The position numbers were made by a program, and so were the translations under genes. A stretch of DNA of 47,412 bases from a virus (lineage: Duplodnaviria; Caudoviricetes), in the IMG/VR virus record IMGVR_UViG_3300044847_000039, positions 1-47,412 of that record. One strand, written 5' to 3'. Of the stretch, positions 31,797 to 41,372 are shown one piece after another (position 1 is the stretch's first letter; every line of letters starts with the position of its first letter). A model generated the notes under the pieces. The model saw nothing but the letters and a program-made list of their open reading frames with translations, searched no databases and was not told the origin of the DNA.

Positions 31797-32549
31797 TCAG
31801 AACGTGATGTCCTGGGGCCACAGCGCATCCTCGACCTTTCGGGCTTCCTCTGGAGTCCACGTATGCGAGGGCTTCGGGAAACCGAAGATGCCGAGGACGG
31901 CGTTGTCCCACTTGCCCTTGGCTTCATGTATCCAGTCCGCCCACGCGCGGGCCCAGAGAACGGCGACATAGGGAGGCGGCACGGTAGGAGCGGGGGGCGA
32001 GGGGACGGCGAACGGCGCATCGGCATCACCTCCTCGTTGCTGCGTGTGAATCTCTGCGGCCGGGATTGACTCCACTTCGGTCTCGTCCAGCATTCCGAGG
32101 CCACAAAGAGAGAGCACCGCACGCCGCTTCGCCTTGGTGACGCACTTCATGAGCGCATTCGAGAGCGGTTCGCCAGCGAGGCCCTTGACCGGGAGCGCAC
32201 CGATTTCCTCGGTCATCCGCCCGTCCTTCGCTTCCGCTCGAACGGTCACCACGCGGATCCCGTCCTCGGTGGCCTGCGAGACGATCGTCATGCGCACGCC
32301 ATGCTTGGCCGCCAGTTGGTCGCTCGCCGCCTTCTGGGCGTATAGGACTTCCTTTCCATTGAGTCGCATGAAAGCGAAGGGCTGCGCACGAGGATCGAGA
32401 CCCGCCGCCTCGCACCGCGCTTGGTAGTAAGCGACCTTCTGGGCCGGCGTGAGGCGCGAGCAATCACCGCCAGCGATGAGTTGCTGCATCGTCTCGGCAT
32501 CGAGCGATGCGAGAGAGCCCGTCGGCGCCTGAATTGCTGCCACGGTCAT
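31797..32549 (-). CDS. Single-strand annealing recombinase (RecT/Red-beta-like)
   Basis: YYQARCEAAGLDP, NALMKCVTKAKRRAVLSLCGLGMLDETEVESIP. Confidence 0.85.
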   Translation of the reverse strand: MTVAAIQAPTGSLASLDAETMQQLIAGGDCSRLTPAQKVAYYQARCEAAGLDPRAQPFAFMRLNGKEVLYAQKAASDQLAAKHGVRMTIVSQATEDGIRVVTVRAEAKDGRMTEEIGALPVKGLAGEPLSNALMKCVTKAKRRAVLSLCGLGMLDETEVESIPAAEIHTQQRGGDADAPFAVPSPPAPTVPPPYVAVLWARAWADWIHEAKGKWDNAVLGIFGFPKPSHTWTPEEARKVEDALWPQDITF

Positions 32550-33169
32550 GGCTTCACCAATCCTTCCTCCGGCACTTCCACCTTCACATAGGGCTCATCG
32601 ATGTCTGGCTCCGCATCGCAGCCGGGCGGACATTCGCCGTGTTCTTTGAAGCGCCGCTGGAGTTCGACCATTTCAGGCTCGACCTTCATGCGGTAGAGGC
32701 CACTTTCGACAGGCTGGGTCACGAGCCACGCCCGGAGCGCATCAGGTTCCTTCACCACGAGTTTGCCGCCTCTGCGTCTCCATCCCAACGTTCCGTGCAG
32801 AAATGTTCGGGACTTCTTCTTGCCACCACCGAGCAATGTCGCCTTGTGTGTCTCGGCGTACTCAAGGAGTTTGTACCGGAAGTACCCGAGTCCCCGCGCG
32901 ATGCGTTCCTTGAGTGAGGCAGCGCGCGCGTCAATTCGTTCCTTCGCCTTCTGGGCTTGCTCGTCGATGCTATCCGCTTCCGCCTGGAGCTCGGCCATGC
33001 GCGCGAGGGCCCAGTCCGCTGACGTAATGGTCTCGATCTTCCAGGGGCCGCGGACCTCGGGATTCTCCGTGTCCTCGTAACTGTCGAGGTCGGGCGGAGG
33101 CGGTCCTGCCCTGAGAGGCGAAGCCGGGGCCAGCGCTTCGGCCGTGGCGATGATCTTGTTTATGTCCAT
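32546..33169 (-). CDS. gam: Mu Gam-like host-nuclease inhibitor
   Basis: WKIETITSADWAL, coiled coil, KKKSRTFLHGTLGWRR. Confidence 0.82.
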   Translation of the reverse strand: MDINKIIATAEALAPASPLRAGPPPPDLDSYEDTENPEVRGPWKIETITSADWALARMAELQAEADSIDEQAQKAKERIDARAASLKERIARGLGYFRYKLLEYAETHKATLLGGGKKKSRTFLHGTLGWRRRGGKLVVKEPDALRAWLVTQPVESGLYRMKVEPEMVELQRRFKEHGECPPGCDAEPDIDEPYVKVEVPEEGLVKP

Positions 33170-33239
33170 GGCATTCTCCTCATCCATCCCGGCCGCAGAT
33201 CCCCTCGGAGCCAATCCCCGAGGGGACCCGCAGGCCGTC

Positions 33240-33524
33240 TCAGCCCTGATCGCCATCGGGCTGAGGGATCCGTTCGCGTCGCACGCTGCAAATGTCCCTG
33301 CGCCACAGGTAGAGCGATCTCCCCGGCTCCTCGAGCTCGACACGGACGCCCCTCGGGTCCACCTGCACTGAGTGGATGCGCCCGCTGCTATCGGTCGTGA
33401 CGGTCCACTCGAGGACGTCTCCGGGCTGGAGGTCTTCGGCGAGGAGGGTGCGCGATTCGGTGGACATGGGCGGCTCCCAGGGACGGAGGGCTTGGCGCAT
33501 GAGGGGGTGGAGGTGCGAGTTCAA
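33240..33524 (-). CDS. Hypothetical protein
   Basis: AEDLQPGDVL SH3/KOW-like motif. Confidence 0.55.
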   Translation of the reverse strand: MNSHLHPLMRQALRPWEPPMSTESRTLLAEDLQPGDVLEWTVTTDSSGRIHSVQVDPRGVRVELEEPGRSLYLWRRDICSVRRERIPQPDGDQG

Positions 33525-33709
33525 GGCGCCTTCTCCGCGGGTTCGGACGAGTACCGAGTGGAGAAGCGTTCCAAGTCCATGTTGCGGAGGAGGCCGATGT
33601 CGATCTTGTCGATCTGGGACTCCGGGCGTCCCTCGACATTGATCCGCTTCACGATCTTACCTGTCGCGATCTCCACGACCTCAATGCTCCGGATCTTCAT
33701 CCCCTTCAT
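33521..33709 (-). CDS. Hypothetical protein
   Basis: GGAGG RBS; IEVVEIATGKIVKRI...GLLRNMD. Confidence 0.65.
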   Translation of the reverse strand: MKGMKIRSIEVVEIATGKIVKRINVEGRPESQIDKIDIGLLRNMDLERFSTRYSSEPAEKAP

Positions 33710-33966
33710 GGCCCCTCCCGGTCCTTCCACTCCTGGTAACGTCGATCCCCGACCTCGTCGTCCATGCGCTCCTCATCCTCCTCGTCGTCCTCGTACTTCG
33801 CCGAGCATGTCGCGCAGCCGCTCCGGTACTTTCCCCCGAGGAGCATGATGGTCTCGTCATCGCCGCAAGACTTCCCGCACTCGAAGCAGGGGACGGCGTC
33901 CGGCAGCCGCTCCACCGCGGCGCGCATCAGTGAGACGGCGGCGTGCATGCGGGTGAGGGTGGTCAC
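33706..33966 (-). CDS. Zn-finger protein with acidic tail
   Basis: CFEC..CATC; DDEVGDRRYQEWKD. Confidence 0.65.
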   Translation of the reverse strand: MTTLTRMHAAVSLMRAAVERLPDAVPCFECGKSCGDDETIMLLGGKYRSGCATCSAKYEDDEEDEERMDDEVGDRRYQEWKDREGP

Positions 33967-34268
33967 GGCGTCACCGCCTTCGCCAGCGCGGCGCGGGCGG
34001 CGTCCATCTTCGGAAGCTTCACCGTCCCGAGGGCGTCGATGCTCTCGACGAGGGCGGAGAGGGCTTCATAGAGCGGTTTCGCGGCAACGAACAGGCGGGC
34101 ATTCGCGGTCGCTTCTTCCGGCTTCCCTCTTGGCGCCGGGATGCGGGCCAACACGATGCGGCGACCCCTCGGAGTCACGGTCTCGATCTCGTAGTGGTAG
34201 GCATTGGAGTGCTGCCCGTCTCCGATCCGCCACTCGCCAGGCGTCCACTTCGTCTCGGGCGCGCTCAC
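33963..34268 (-). CDS. Conserved phage early protein (TPGxW...ANARL family)
   Basis: KWTPGEW...EATANARLFVAAKPLYEAL. Confidence 0.75.
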   Translation of the reverse strand: MSAPETKWTPGEWRIGDGQHSNAYHYEIETVTPRGRRIVLARIPAPRGKPEEATANARLFVAAKPLYEALSALVESIDALGTVKLPKMDAARAALAKAVTP

Positions 34269-34506
34269 AGGGCCACCCATACCGAGAGGATCGCCATGAC
34301 GACGAGCCCGCACACGACCGCGATCCTGAAAGCCTGCTCCTCACTCACGAGCCCCGGCTTCCGGTACAGCACCGGCTCCGGCAGCCTCGCGAAGAGCACG
34401 TCCATCACCTGCTGCTCGGTGCCGACGATCGTCACGCTGCCGTCCGAGTAGCGGATGACCTGCCTGTCGCCGCGCGACTCCACCGACACGGTCTCTTCGT
34501 ATGCGC

Positions 34507-34510
<4 letters not shown>
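34265..34510 (-). CDS. Protein with C-terminal TM helix
   Basis: IAVVCGLVVMAILSVWVAL. Confidence 0.6.
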
Positions 34511-35159
<649 letters not shown>

Positions 35160-35163
<4 letters not shown>

Positions 35164-35408
35164 GGTCCAGTCCTCATGTCGTGATAGATGGCTGGCAGCC
35201 CGCAGTGGCGACAGGTGACGGACGAAATGCATCCGTCCTCGGAGCGGTACTCGGGCCCCGTAAAGTCGTGGCCGCAGTCCTTCGTGAAATGCCCCTCGGG
35301 CTGGGCGAGGCAATCGAACGGCTCGAGCTTGCAGTGGCCCGGACCTCCGCATCGGTAGCCACAATTGCACCGACAGCCGGCGCGGACGGATTCCGAGGGG
35401 GCGGTCAC
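35160..35408 (-). CDS. Cys/His-rich small protein
   Basis: CRCNC..C..C..C..CGHDFTGP..CRHCG. Confidence 0.65.
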
Positions 35409-35593
35409 GCGGCCCTCGGTTCCGGCTCCGCGAGGATTTCCTTCTCGGCTGCGAGGTAGCGTCGGAACAGCCGCCCATCGGTGTCGAGATACACGTCCCA
35501 TGGCGTGTTCCTGTCGATGCGCTGCGAGGCGGCGCGGTAGTCCGCCCACGCCAGCGCGATCGCTGCCCTCTTCTGCTCCTTCGTCATCGGCAT
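35405..35593 (-). CDS. First gene of the leftward early operon, hypothetical
   Basis: GGAGG RBS; downstream of PL. Confidence 0.65.
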   Translation of the reverse strand: MPMTKEQKRAAIALAWADYRAASQRIDRNTPWDVYLDTDGRLFRRYLAAEKEILAEPEPRAA

Positions 35594-35698
35594 TGCGTCC
35601 TCCGTCGCTCCGTCAGTTCCCCTTGCTGCGGTTCCCGTCGCACTGGGCGGGTCACAGGGCCTCTTGGTCTCCCCGATGCCGCAGCGGCTACGGACGGC

Positions 35699-35733
35699 AT
35701 CCTATGCGAGTGCAAAGACAGTTGCAAGTGCAA
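35699..35733 (-). promoter_or_regulatory. PL promoter with two operators
   Basis: TTGCAA-N17-TAGGAT on the minus strand; operators ATGCGAGTGCAA (35704) and TTGCAAGTGCAA (35722). Confidence 0.8.
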
Positions 35734-35788
35734 AGTGCTCCGCCAGCGTAGGGGCCCTACGCCTGGGGCATCGAAGAGAGGGGAGGAG

Positions 35789-35929
35789 CTACGGCGAGAG
35801 CTTCAGGTCGATGCTCTCGAGCCGCCAGACGACGTACACCGTCAAGGCCGCCAGCCAGGACTCAGGCAGAGAGCGATCAAGGAACCAGTGTAGTGCGGCA
35901 AAAAGAGCTACCGCTGCGAAGAAGGGCAT
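35789..35929 (-). CDS. 46-aa two-TM protein downstream of the repressor
   Basis: MPFFAAVALFAALHWFLDRSLPESWLAALTVYVVWRLESIDLKLSP. Confidence 0.5.
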   Translation of the reverse strand: MPFFAAVALFAALHWFLDRSLPESWLAALTVYVVWRLESIDLKLSP

Positions 35930-36011
35930 GGTTTACCCAGGGACTCGCGGTACCCAGCTAGGTCGATAACGACCCCCCACTGGGTCGCCGTACTATTAGT
36001 AACATCACATC

Positions 36012-36389
36012 TTACGGCCCTCCGCCCCCCGTTCTCCGCCTCCCCGGCTTGGCGGCCGACGGGGAGGCTGGGGCGGGGAGCGATGGTGGCTCTATCCCTG
36101 TCTCCAGGTCCTCGGGGTCGTCTTTGGTGATTCTGTTTATCTCGATGTGGAACAACGCGGAGAGCTTCTCGGCTACGTCCCAGCCGGGAGTCCGCTTCCT
36201 ATTTAGGATATTCGATAGATGTGACGCGGAGATACCGATATAGTCAGCGAACGCCTTATTCTGCGGGTAGCGTCGGGCGTACCTCTTCCGGTAGTACCTG
36301 ACCCACTCCGCGATCTTGGCGCGGACTGCCTCCTGTTCACGGTTCAGTCGGGACACTGCCCCATGCTGTAGCTCAGTCGGAGTATGCAT
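36012..36389 (-). CDS. cI: CI-like XRE repressor (start uncertain)
   Basis: NKAFADYIGISASHLSNILNRKRTPG HTH; divergent from cro. Confidence 0.85.
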   Translation of the reverse strand: MHTPTELQHGAVSRLNREQEAVRAKIAEWVRYYRKRYARRYPQNKAFADYIGISASHLSNILNRKRTPGWDVAEKLSALFHIEINRITKDDPEDLETGIEPPSLPAPASPSAAKPGRRRTGGGGP

Positions 36390-36430
36390 GTGCGAAACTC
36401 GTTGCACGTGCAAATTGCATGTGCTAATCA
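36384..36430 (+). promoter_or_regulatory. OR operators and PR promoter
   Basis: ATGCATGTGCGA (36384), TTGCACGTGCAA (36402), TTGCATGTGCTA (36415); TTGCAC-N17-TAATCA preceded by TG. Confidence 0.75.
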
Positions 36431-36439
36431 TGGCGTGCG

Positions 36440-36688
36440 ATGACCTTGGACGCCTATCTCCGCGTCAACAGCCTGTCTCAGTCCGAGTTCGCAGCACGCG
36501 CCCGCGTCCCCGAATCTCAGGTGTCCCTGTGGCGCCGACGCGAGCGCCGCCCCGATACGGACAACCGCCTTCGGATCCAGAAGGCCACCGATGGCGCCGT
36601 CACGATCAACGCTGCGGATTGGCCGAAGCCTAAGCCTGAGCGGCGGCCCCTGCGCCTCGCACGCTCTGTCGCATCGGACCGAGAGTGA
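36440..36688 (+). CDS. cro: Cro-like HTH regulator
   Basis: MTLDAYL..SQSEFAARARVPESQVSLWRRRERRP..IQKATDGAVT. Confidence 0.88.
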   Translation: MTLDAYLRVNSLSQSEFAARARVPESQVSLWRRRERRPDTDNRLRIQKATDGAVTINAADWPKPKPERRPLRLARSVASDRE

Positions 36689-36959
36689 CATGTCCCGAGG
36701 CTACTCATACCCAGAGCGATATCGTCAACCTAGACACACGTTGCGTGAACACGTGTGCGTGGCGAAGCGGCTGGGGGTGAGGACGTGATCCCCGCCTCCC
36801 CCGACCTCCAGGCGGCCCAGGCCCTAGCCCTCACGGAAGAGGTCGAGGCCCTGGAAGAGCTGCACCGAGCTCTGGAACGAGTGGGGACGGCCATGGCCCG
36901 GCGGGAGTGGATCGACCGGAAGCTCAACCCGCAGTCAAACACAACGAAAGGAGTAATGA

Positions 36960-37247
36960 ATGGAACCGAGATACGACCGAATGGAGACGTACAACATGGC
37001 AGCAACGACGGTGGGCGCCCCTCCGAGCGACGCGCAGAGCGCAGCGACGGCATGGTGGACGGCGCGCGACCGCTACCACGAGGCGCTACGGGCACACGGG
37101 GAGGCGCAGAAGCAGCTGGAGGCGGCGCGGCAAGAGGAGCAGAAGGCGTGGATCGCGTTGGAGCACGTGGCGAAGCAGGACGCCAAGATCGGGACGGCGA
37201 CGGCGACACAGATCCCGCAGATCCCGGACCCGTTCCGCAGGTTTTAG
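36960..37247 (+). CDS. Hypothetical coiled-coil protein nested in a longer ORF
   Basis: AAGGAG RBS; protein-like composition. Confidence 0.55.
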   Translation: MEPRYDRMETYNMAATTVGAPPSDAQSAATAWWTARDRYHEALRAHGEAQKQLEAARQEEQKAWIALEHVAKQDAKIGTATATQIPQIPDPFRRF

Positions 37248-37308
37248 CCGCTCCGGTGCTGGCGGGGAGGACGCGGCCCTCGCTCCCCTCTCTCGACGGG
37301 AGGGAGAA

Positions 37309-38052
37309 GTGAACGAGCAGCTTCAACTCCCGGCGCAGTATGTGGCCTTTTCGGGTGGCAAGGACTCGACTGCCATGGCGTATCGGATGGCGGAGATGAA
37401 AGAGGCGTTCGCGTTGCTCTATACGCCGACGGGCAACGAGCTGCCTGAGTTGGACGCGCACATCCGGCGCGTCGTTGCGGACCTCGGCGTTCCTCTCGCG
37501 ACTCCCCGCAACCACGACCTGGAGTTTTGGATCCGTGAGTATGAGGCGCTTCCGAATAATCGACAGCGCTGGTGTACGCGCCAGCTCAAGGTCGAGGTCT
37601 GCGCGGCATACCTCAGCCTACGGCCCGGCTCGACGCTATGTGTGGGCCTCCGCGCCGACGAGATGGAGCGCAAGGGCGCAGCGTACTCCGGGATCACCTA
37701 CCGCTGCCCCATGCAGGAGTGGGGCTGGAAGCTTGCAGACGTGACCGACTACCTTGCGGCCAAGGGCATCACCGTCCCTCGCCGCACTGATTGCGCCTGG
37801 TGCTACGACCAGCGCCTCGGGGAATGGTGGCGTCTTTGGAAAAACCACCCAGACGTATGGCGTCGCGGCGAAAGCCTCGAGGCAGAGATCTCCCTGGCGC
37901 GAGGCGAGCGCCGCTCCTTCCGCTCCCCTAGCCGCGACACATGGCCTGCCCCACTCATTGATCTTCGCCGTCGCTTTGAGGCCGGCGAGCGCCCCCGTGG
38001 TTCTGATGATGCCGATGCCGAAACGACCCGCTGCCGGGAGTGCACCCTGTGA
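37309..38052 (+). CDS. PAPS-reductase-family (PP-loop) protein
   Basis: VAFSGGKDSTAM, RWCTRQLK, VGLRADE, RTDCAWC, CREC. Confidence 0.88.
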   Translation: MNEQLQLPAQYVAFSGGKDSTAMAYRMAEMKEAFALLYTPTGNELPELDAHIRRVVADLGVPLATPRNHDLEFWIREYEALPNNRQRWCTRQLKVEVCAAYLSLRPGSTLCVGLRADEMERKGAAYSGITYRCPMQEWGWKLADVTDYLAAKGITVPRRTDCAWCYDQRLGEWWRLWKNHPDVWRRGESLEAEISLARGERRSFRSPSRDTWPAPLIDLRRRFEAGERPRGSDDADAETTRCRECTL

Positions 38053-38089
38053 CCTCCTCTCTCTCGCCCGCGGGCTCCCCGGGGGATCG

Positions 38090-38272
38090 ATGATCCTCAC
38101 AGCCTTGCCCGAACTTGACAGCGACGAGCGGCGCCTACTGCTTCGGATAGTCGAGGAAGCGCTCCTTAATAGTCGGCTCAGCCTCCACGGGATGAACTCG
38201 CGCTGGACGTTCTATGGTCCCGTCCAGTTCGAGATCCGTACGCTTGAAAAGATCCGCGAGGTGCTCCTGTGA
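38090..38272 (+). CDS. 60-aa hypothetical protein bracketed by direct repeats
   Basis: GGGGGA RBS; MILTALPELDSDERR. Confidence 0.5.
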   Translation: MILTALPELDSDERRLLLRIVEEALLNSRLSLHGMNSRWTFYGPVQFEIRTLEKIREVLL

Positions 38273-38372
38273 CCGTCGCGGGCTCCCGGGGGACGCGCCC
38301 GTGACGCGCGGCGTTTCGGGGGTGAGGGATGACACGGCGAGGCAAAATACGCGCAATAAGGGAGGCAAAGAA

Positions 38373-39332
38373 GTGACGAAACTAGCAAGGCGATCGCGAC
38401 TCGAAGTGACGGTCCCATCTCCGGCAGACGTCCTCGCCATGGCGCGCCAGGTGGCAGCCGACTGTGAAGATCCACTCATTTTGAAGGAGGCGCGGGATCA
38501 AACCAAACACATCGCCGAATGGTATCATGAGCGCGGTGCGAAACTTGAGGCACAGAATCAGATCGCGGAAGGTCGACTGCGTCTGGAACGCAAACTTGGG
38601 GCCGTCTGTCGGGACATGGAGAAGAACGTCGGAGGACGTCCACCCAAAGTGGAAACCGATGATCTCGTAGCATCGGTTTCCACTTTGGGTGACGTTGGCA
38701 TCACGGGCCGCCAATCCTCTATCTGGCAGAAGGTCGCCAAACTACAGCAAAAACTCTTCGATGATCGCGTAGCGGAAGCCCAGGAGAATGGTCTAGAACT
38801 CACGACAACCTACGTGCTGCGGGGCAAGGAGCCCGGCCAACCCATCAACTGGGCTAGCGAGTCTGTCGAATGGTACACACCCAAGGAGTACATCGAGGCG
38901 GCTAGATCTGCGCTTGGCGCCATCGATCTCGATCCAGCCAGCAATAAGCACGCGAACAAGACCGTTCGGGCTGCAAAGTTTTTCGCGCGCGAAGACAATG
39001 GCCTTGAACAGCCCTGGCCCGGCCGTGTGTGGCTGAATCCGCCCTATGGTGAAGAGGGAACGGATCGATGGGTGATCAAACTCATTGAGGAATACACAGC
39101 CGGCAGGACAGCGGCCGCCATTCTACTCGTCAATGCCGTGACCGATCGAAAGTGGTTTGCGCCGCTCTTCGAGCAGGCCATCTGTTTCACAGATCACCGC
39201 ATCGAATTTTACACACCTGAAGGCGAGCCCCAGTCACCCGTCAGCGGCAATGCTTTCGTCTACTTTGGTTCGGAACGTAAGGCCTTCAAGGAACACTTCA
39301 CGAAATTCGGTGCGGTGGTGGTGCGCCTATGA
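38373..39332 (+). CDS. DNA N6-adenine methyltransferase (phage Dam-type) with N-terminal extension
   Basis: EWYTP, IDLDPAS, VWLNPPY, RIEF; GGAGG RBS. Confidence 0.9.
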   Translation: MTKLARRSRLEVTVPSPADVLAMARQVAADCEDPLILKEARDQTKHIAEWYHERGAKLEAQNQIAEGRLRLERKLGAVCRDMEKNVGGRPPKVETDDLVASVSTLGDVGITGRQSSIWQKVAKLQQKLFDDRVAEAQENGLELTTTYVLRGKEPGQPINWASESVEWYTPKEYIEAARSALGAIDLDPASNKHANKTVRAAKFFAREDNGLEQPWPGRVWLNPPYGEEGTDRWVIKLIEEYTAGRTAAAILLVNAVTDRKWFAPLFEQAICFTDHRIEFYTPEGEPQSPVSGNAFVYFGSERKAFKEHFTKFGAVVVRL

Positions 39333-39745
39333 GAAGCAAGGACAAGATCGACGTCAGGGTGGAGTGGATAGACGTCGGCGATGGCGAGAAGAAGCTTTGG
39401 GCAATTGTCCGCGACACAAGAACAGGCAAAGACGTTCTCGTGCCATCGTTCGAGGATCTGTTCCGGATACTTCTCGCGATCGTCTACTGCGAAAACAGGA
39501 AGTATCAGACACTGCCCTGGCCCGCCTCAGACATGGTGAAGCGTTTTCTGGTGCGGTGCATTCAAGAGGCCCAGGCAGGAGACCTGCCGCTGCCGGCGGA
39601 AGCCTATGAAGCGGCATGGGTCCGACTCGACGCTGAGTTCAAAATCTCGGCGGCGCGGACGTCATCCATCGAGAACGCTCAAATTATCTGCGGCCCGGGT
39701 TGCATGTGCGAGTTGTGCAAGGAATGGCCAATCGCGAGGACGTGA
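39329..39745 (+). CDS. Hypothetical protein coupled to the methyltransferase
   Basis: ATGA overlap; same lower-GC composition. Confidence 0.7.
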   Translation: MRSKDKIDVRVEWIDVGDGEKKLWAIVRDTRTGKDVLVPSFEDLFRILLAIVYCENRKYQTLPWPASDMVKRFLVRCIQEAQAGDLPLPAEAYEAAWVRLDAEFKISAARTSSIENAQIICGPGCMCELCKEWPIART

Positions 39746-39746
39746 A

Positions 39747-40556
39747 ATGACGATGCGCTGGGAGGACGAGAGGTACGTCCGGATCTACACGCGCGACACC
39801 GTCGACTGGCTCGGCCTGTCGTTTCTCGCGCAAGGCCTCTTCTGCCTCCTCCTCCGCAAGGTGGACCGCGCCGGGATCCTGCCGCTCGGGAAGCACGGAA
39901 AGAAGTCGGTAGCCGTCGCCATCGGGCACGGCCACCAGTGGGGAATGCTTGCCGAGCCGCTCGAGGAACTCCTCCACGACGGGTGCGTGCGGATCGACGA
40001 GGACCATCTCCTCGTCCCCAACTTCATCGAGGCCCAGGAGGCGATCCAATCCGACGCCGCGCGCAAGAGGGCGCAGCGGGAGAGGGCGCGGGCGAGCGTC
40101 ACAAAATGTGACGGGGGTGGGACAACGGGTGGGGGGCCGCGTGACATTGAGTCACGTAACGGGACGGAGAGTCACAAAACCGGGACAGAATGTCACGCGG
40201 TCACGGACGCTGTCCCAAGTGTCACGCCAGCGGTCACCCCTAGCCAGCCTAGCCGTGCCGTGCCGTACCGTGCCGAACCTAGCCAGCCAGCCAACGGGCA
40301 GGCTGGCGACGAATGGCTTGGTAGCTTCCGGCAGAAGCTAGCCGCCCGCCTCAGCCTCGACGCCATCGACATCGGCAAGGACCGGAAGGCGGTGCTGGAC
40401 CTCTTCCGCTCCCAGCTCGCTTCAGTGGGCGAGGAACAACTCCTCACCGAGTGCTGCGACCTCGCCGCGAAGTCGACGTCAGGCACTCCCTCGTCGCTAG
40501 CGTTTTTCGTGAAGTGGCTTCAGCGGCTACCGGTATCGGAGGCGAGGCCCCAGTGA
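39747..40556 (+). CDS. Replication initiator (lambda O-like organisation)
   Basis: N-terminal wHTH-like region, DAARKRAQRER, iteron-containing linker. Confidence 0.75.
   Translation: MTMRWEDERYVRIYTRDTVDWLGLSFLAQGLFCLLLRKVDRAGILPLGKHGKKSVAVAIGHGHQWGMLAEPLEELLHDGCVRIDEDHLLVPNFIEAQEAIQSDAARKRAQRERARASVTKCDGGGTTGGGPRDIESRNGTESHKTGTECHAVTDAVPSVTPAVTPSQPSRAVPYRAEPSQPANGQAGDEWLGSFRQKLAARLSLDAIDIGKDRKAVLDLFRSQLASVGEEQLLTECCDLAAKSTSGTPSSLAFFVKWLQRLPVSEARPQ
40097..40238. repeat. Replication origin iterons
   Basis: G(T/G)GAC-N5-GTCAC at 40141, 40161 and 40182; palindrome CGTCACAAAATGTGACG at 40097; further GTCAC copies. Confidence 0.75.
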
Positions 40557-40825
40557 CCCGCGAAGAGCTCGACGCCCGCATGGCGAAGTCAGCGGAAGAC
40601 GTGAAGCGGATCCGCGAGGAGTGGGAGAAGGCGGCCGCGGCCGGAGACGTGAAGGCGAAGCAATGCCTCCGGGAATGCTTTGGGCCGCCAGCGATCAGGC
40701 AACTCGTGAACGTTCCGACCGTGGTCGTGCCAACCACGTTATCAGCAGCTTCATCAGCGGCGGAAAGCGCAGCAGTCATACCGCCAATGCACTGGAGCGA
40801 ACACGAGCTCGACGAGGAGGGGTGA
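40553..40825 (+). CDS. Hypothetical protein
   Basis: GTGA overlap with the initiator. Confidence 0.6.
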   Translation: MTREELDARMAKSAEDVKRIREEWEKAAAAGDVKAKQCLRECFGPPAIRQLVNVPTVVVPTTLSAASSAAESAAVIPPMHWSEHELDEEG

Positions 40826-41241
40826 TGGATCTCGAGGCGTTGGCGTGCGTGAGAGCCGAGGAGCAGCTCGAGGCTGGAGCCTGGAAACGGCGGGAGCGCG
40901 ACGAGACACCCTGCCCAATCCTGCTCTCATGCGCTGTGCCCGGTTGCGATGGGCCGGTGTTCGGCGGGACGAGGCGCAGGATCTGCGAACAATGCGCGGC
41001 GAAGGGCCTTGTCGCTCCGCCGTGTCTCGGATGCGGCGGGCCGTTGCGCCGGAAGGACCAGACGCTCAACACGAAGGAGCGCCGCGGTTACTGCCAGACG
41101 TGCCGCGCCGACATGTGTAGCACCAAGAACGACGAGGCGTTCCGGGTTACTCGGCGCTTGGCGGAGCGGAGGCGGAGGGCCTCGAGGGCGGAGGTCGAGA
41201 GCGCCCGCCGTCGTCTCGCCGTGAGGGGGATTGCCGTATGA
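40825..41241 (+). CDS. Double Zn-finger protein
   Basis: CAVPGC, CEQC, CLGC, CQTC. Confidence 0.7.
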   Translation: MDLEALACVRAEEQLEAGAWKRRERDETPCPILLSCAVPGCDGPVFGGTRRRICEQCAAKGLVAPPCLGCGGPLRRKDQTLNTKERRGYCQTCRADMCSTKNDEAFRVTRRLAERRRRASRAEVESARRRLAVRGIAV

Positions 41242-41372
41242 GGCGCGCCCTACGGGTCCTGTCCGCGCCGGTCCGCTTCGCCGTGGCCTTTGGTTACGGA
41301 GGGTACGTGTTCGCAGAGATCATGTGGTCGCTGGCGATGCTGACGCTATTCCCGCCGAAGGAGAGGCGATGA
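41238..41372 (+). CDS. 44-aa hydrophobic protein
   Basis: ATGA overlaps at both ends. Confidence 0.5.
   Translation: MRRALRVLSAPVRFAVAFGYGGYVFAEIMWSLAMLTLFPPKERR

Noticed and set aside
33200-33226. Hairpin TCCCCTCGG..CCGAGGGGA upstream of gam as an ncRNA or terminator
   Set aside because: The stem is real but has no U-tract and no further support; function cannot be assigned.
37309-38052. Full Dnd/Ssp phosphorothioation system or sulfur-assimilation auxiliary gene
   Set aside because: No cysteine desulfurase, DndD/E or other cys genes in the genome; only the family assignment is supported.
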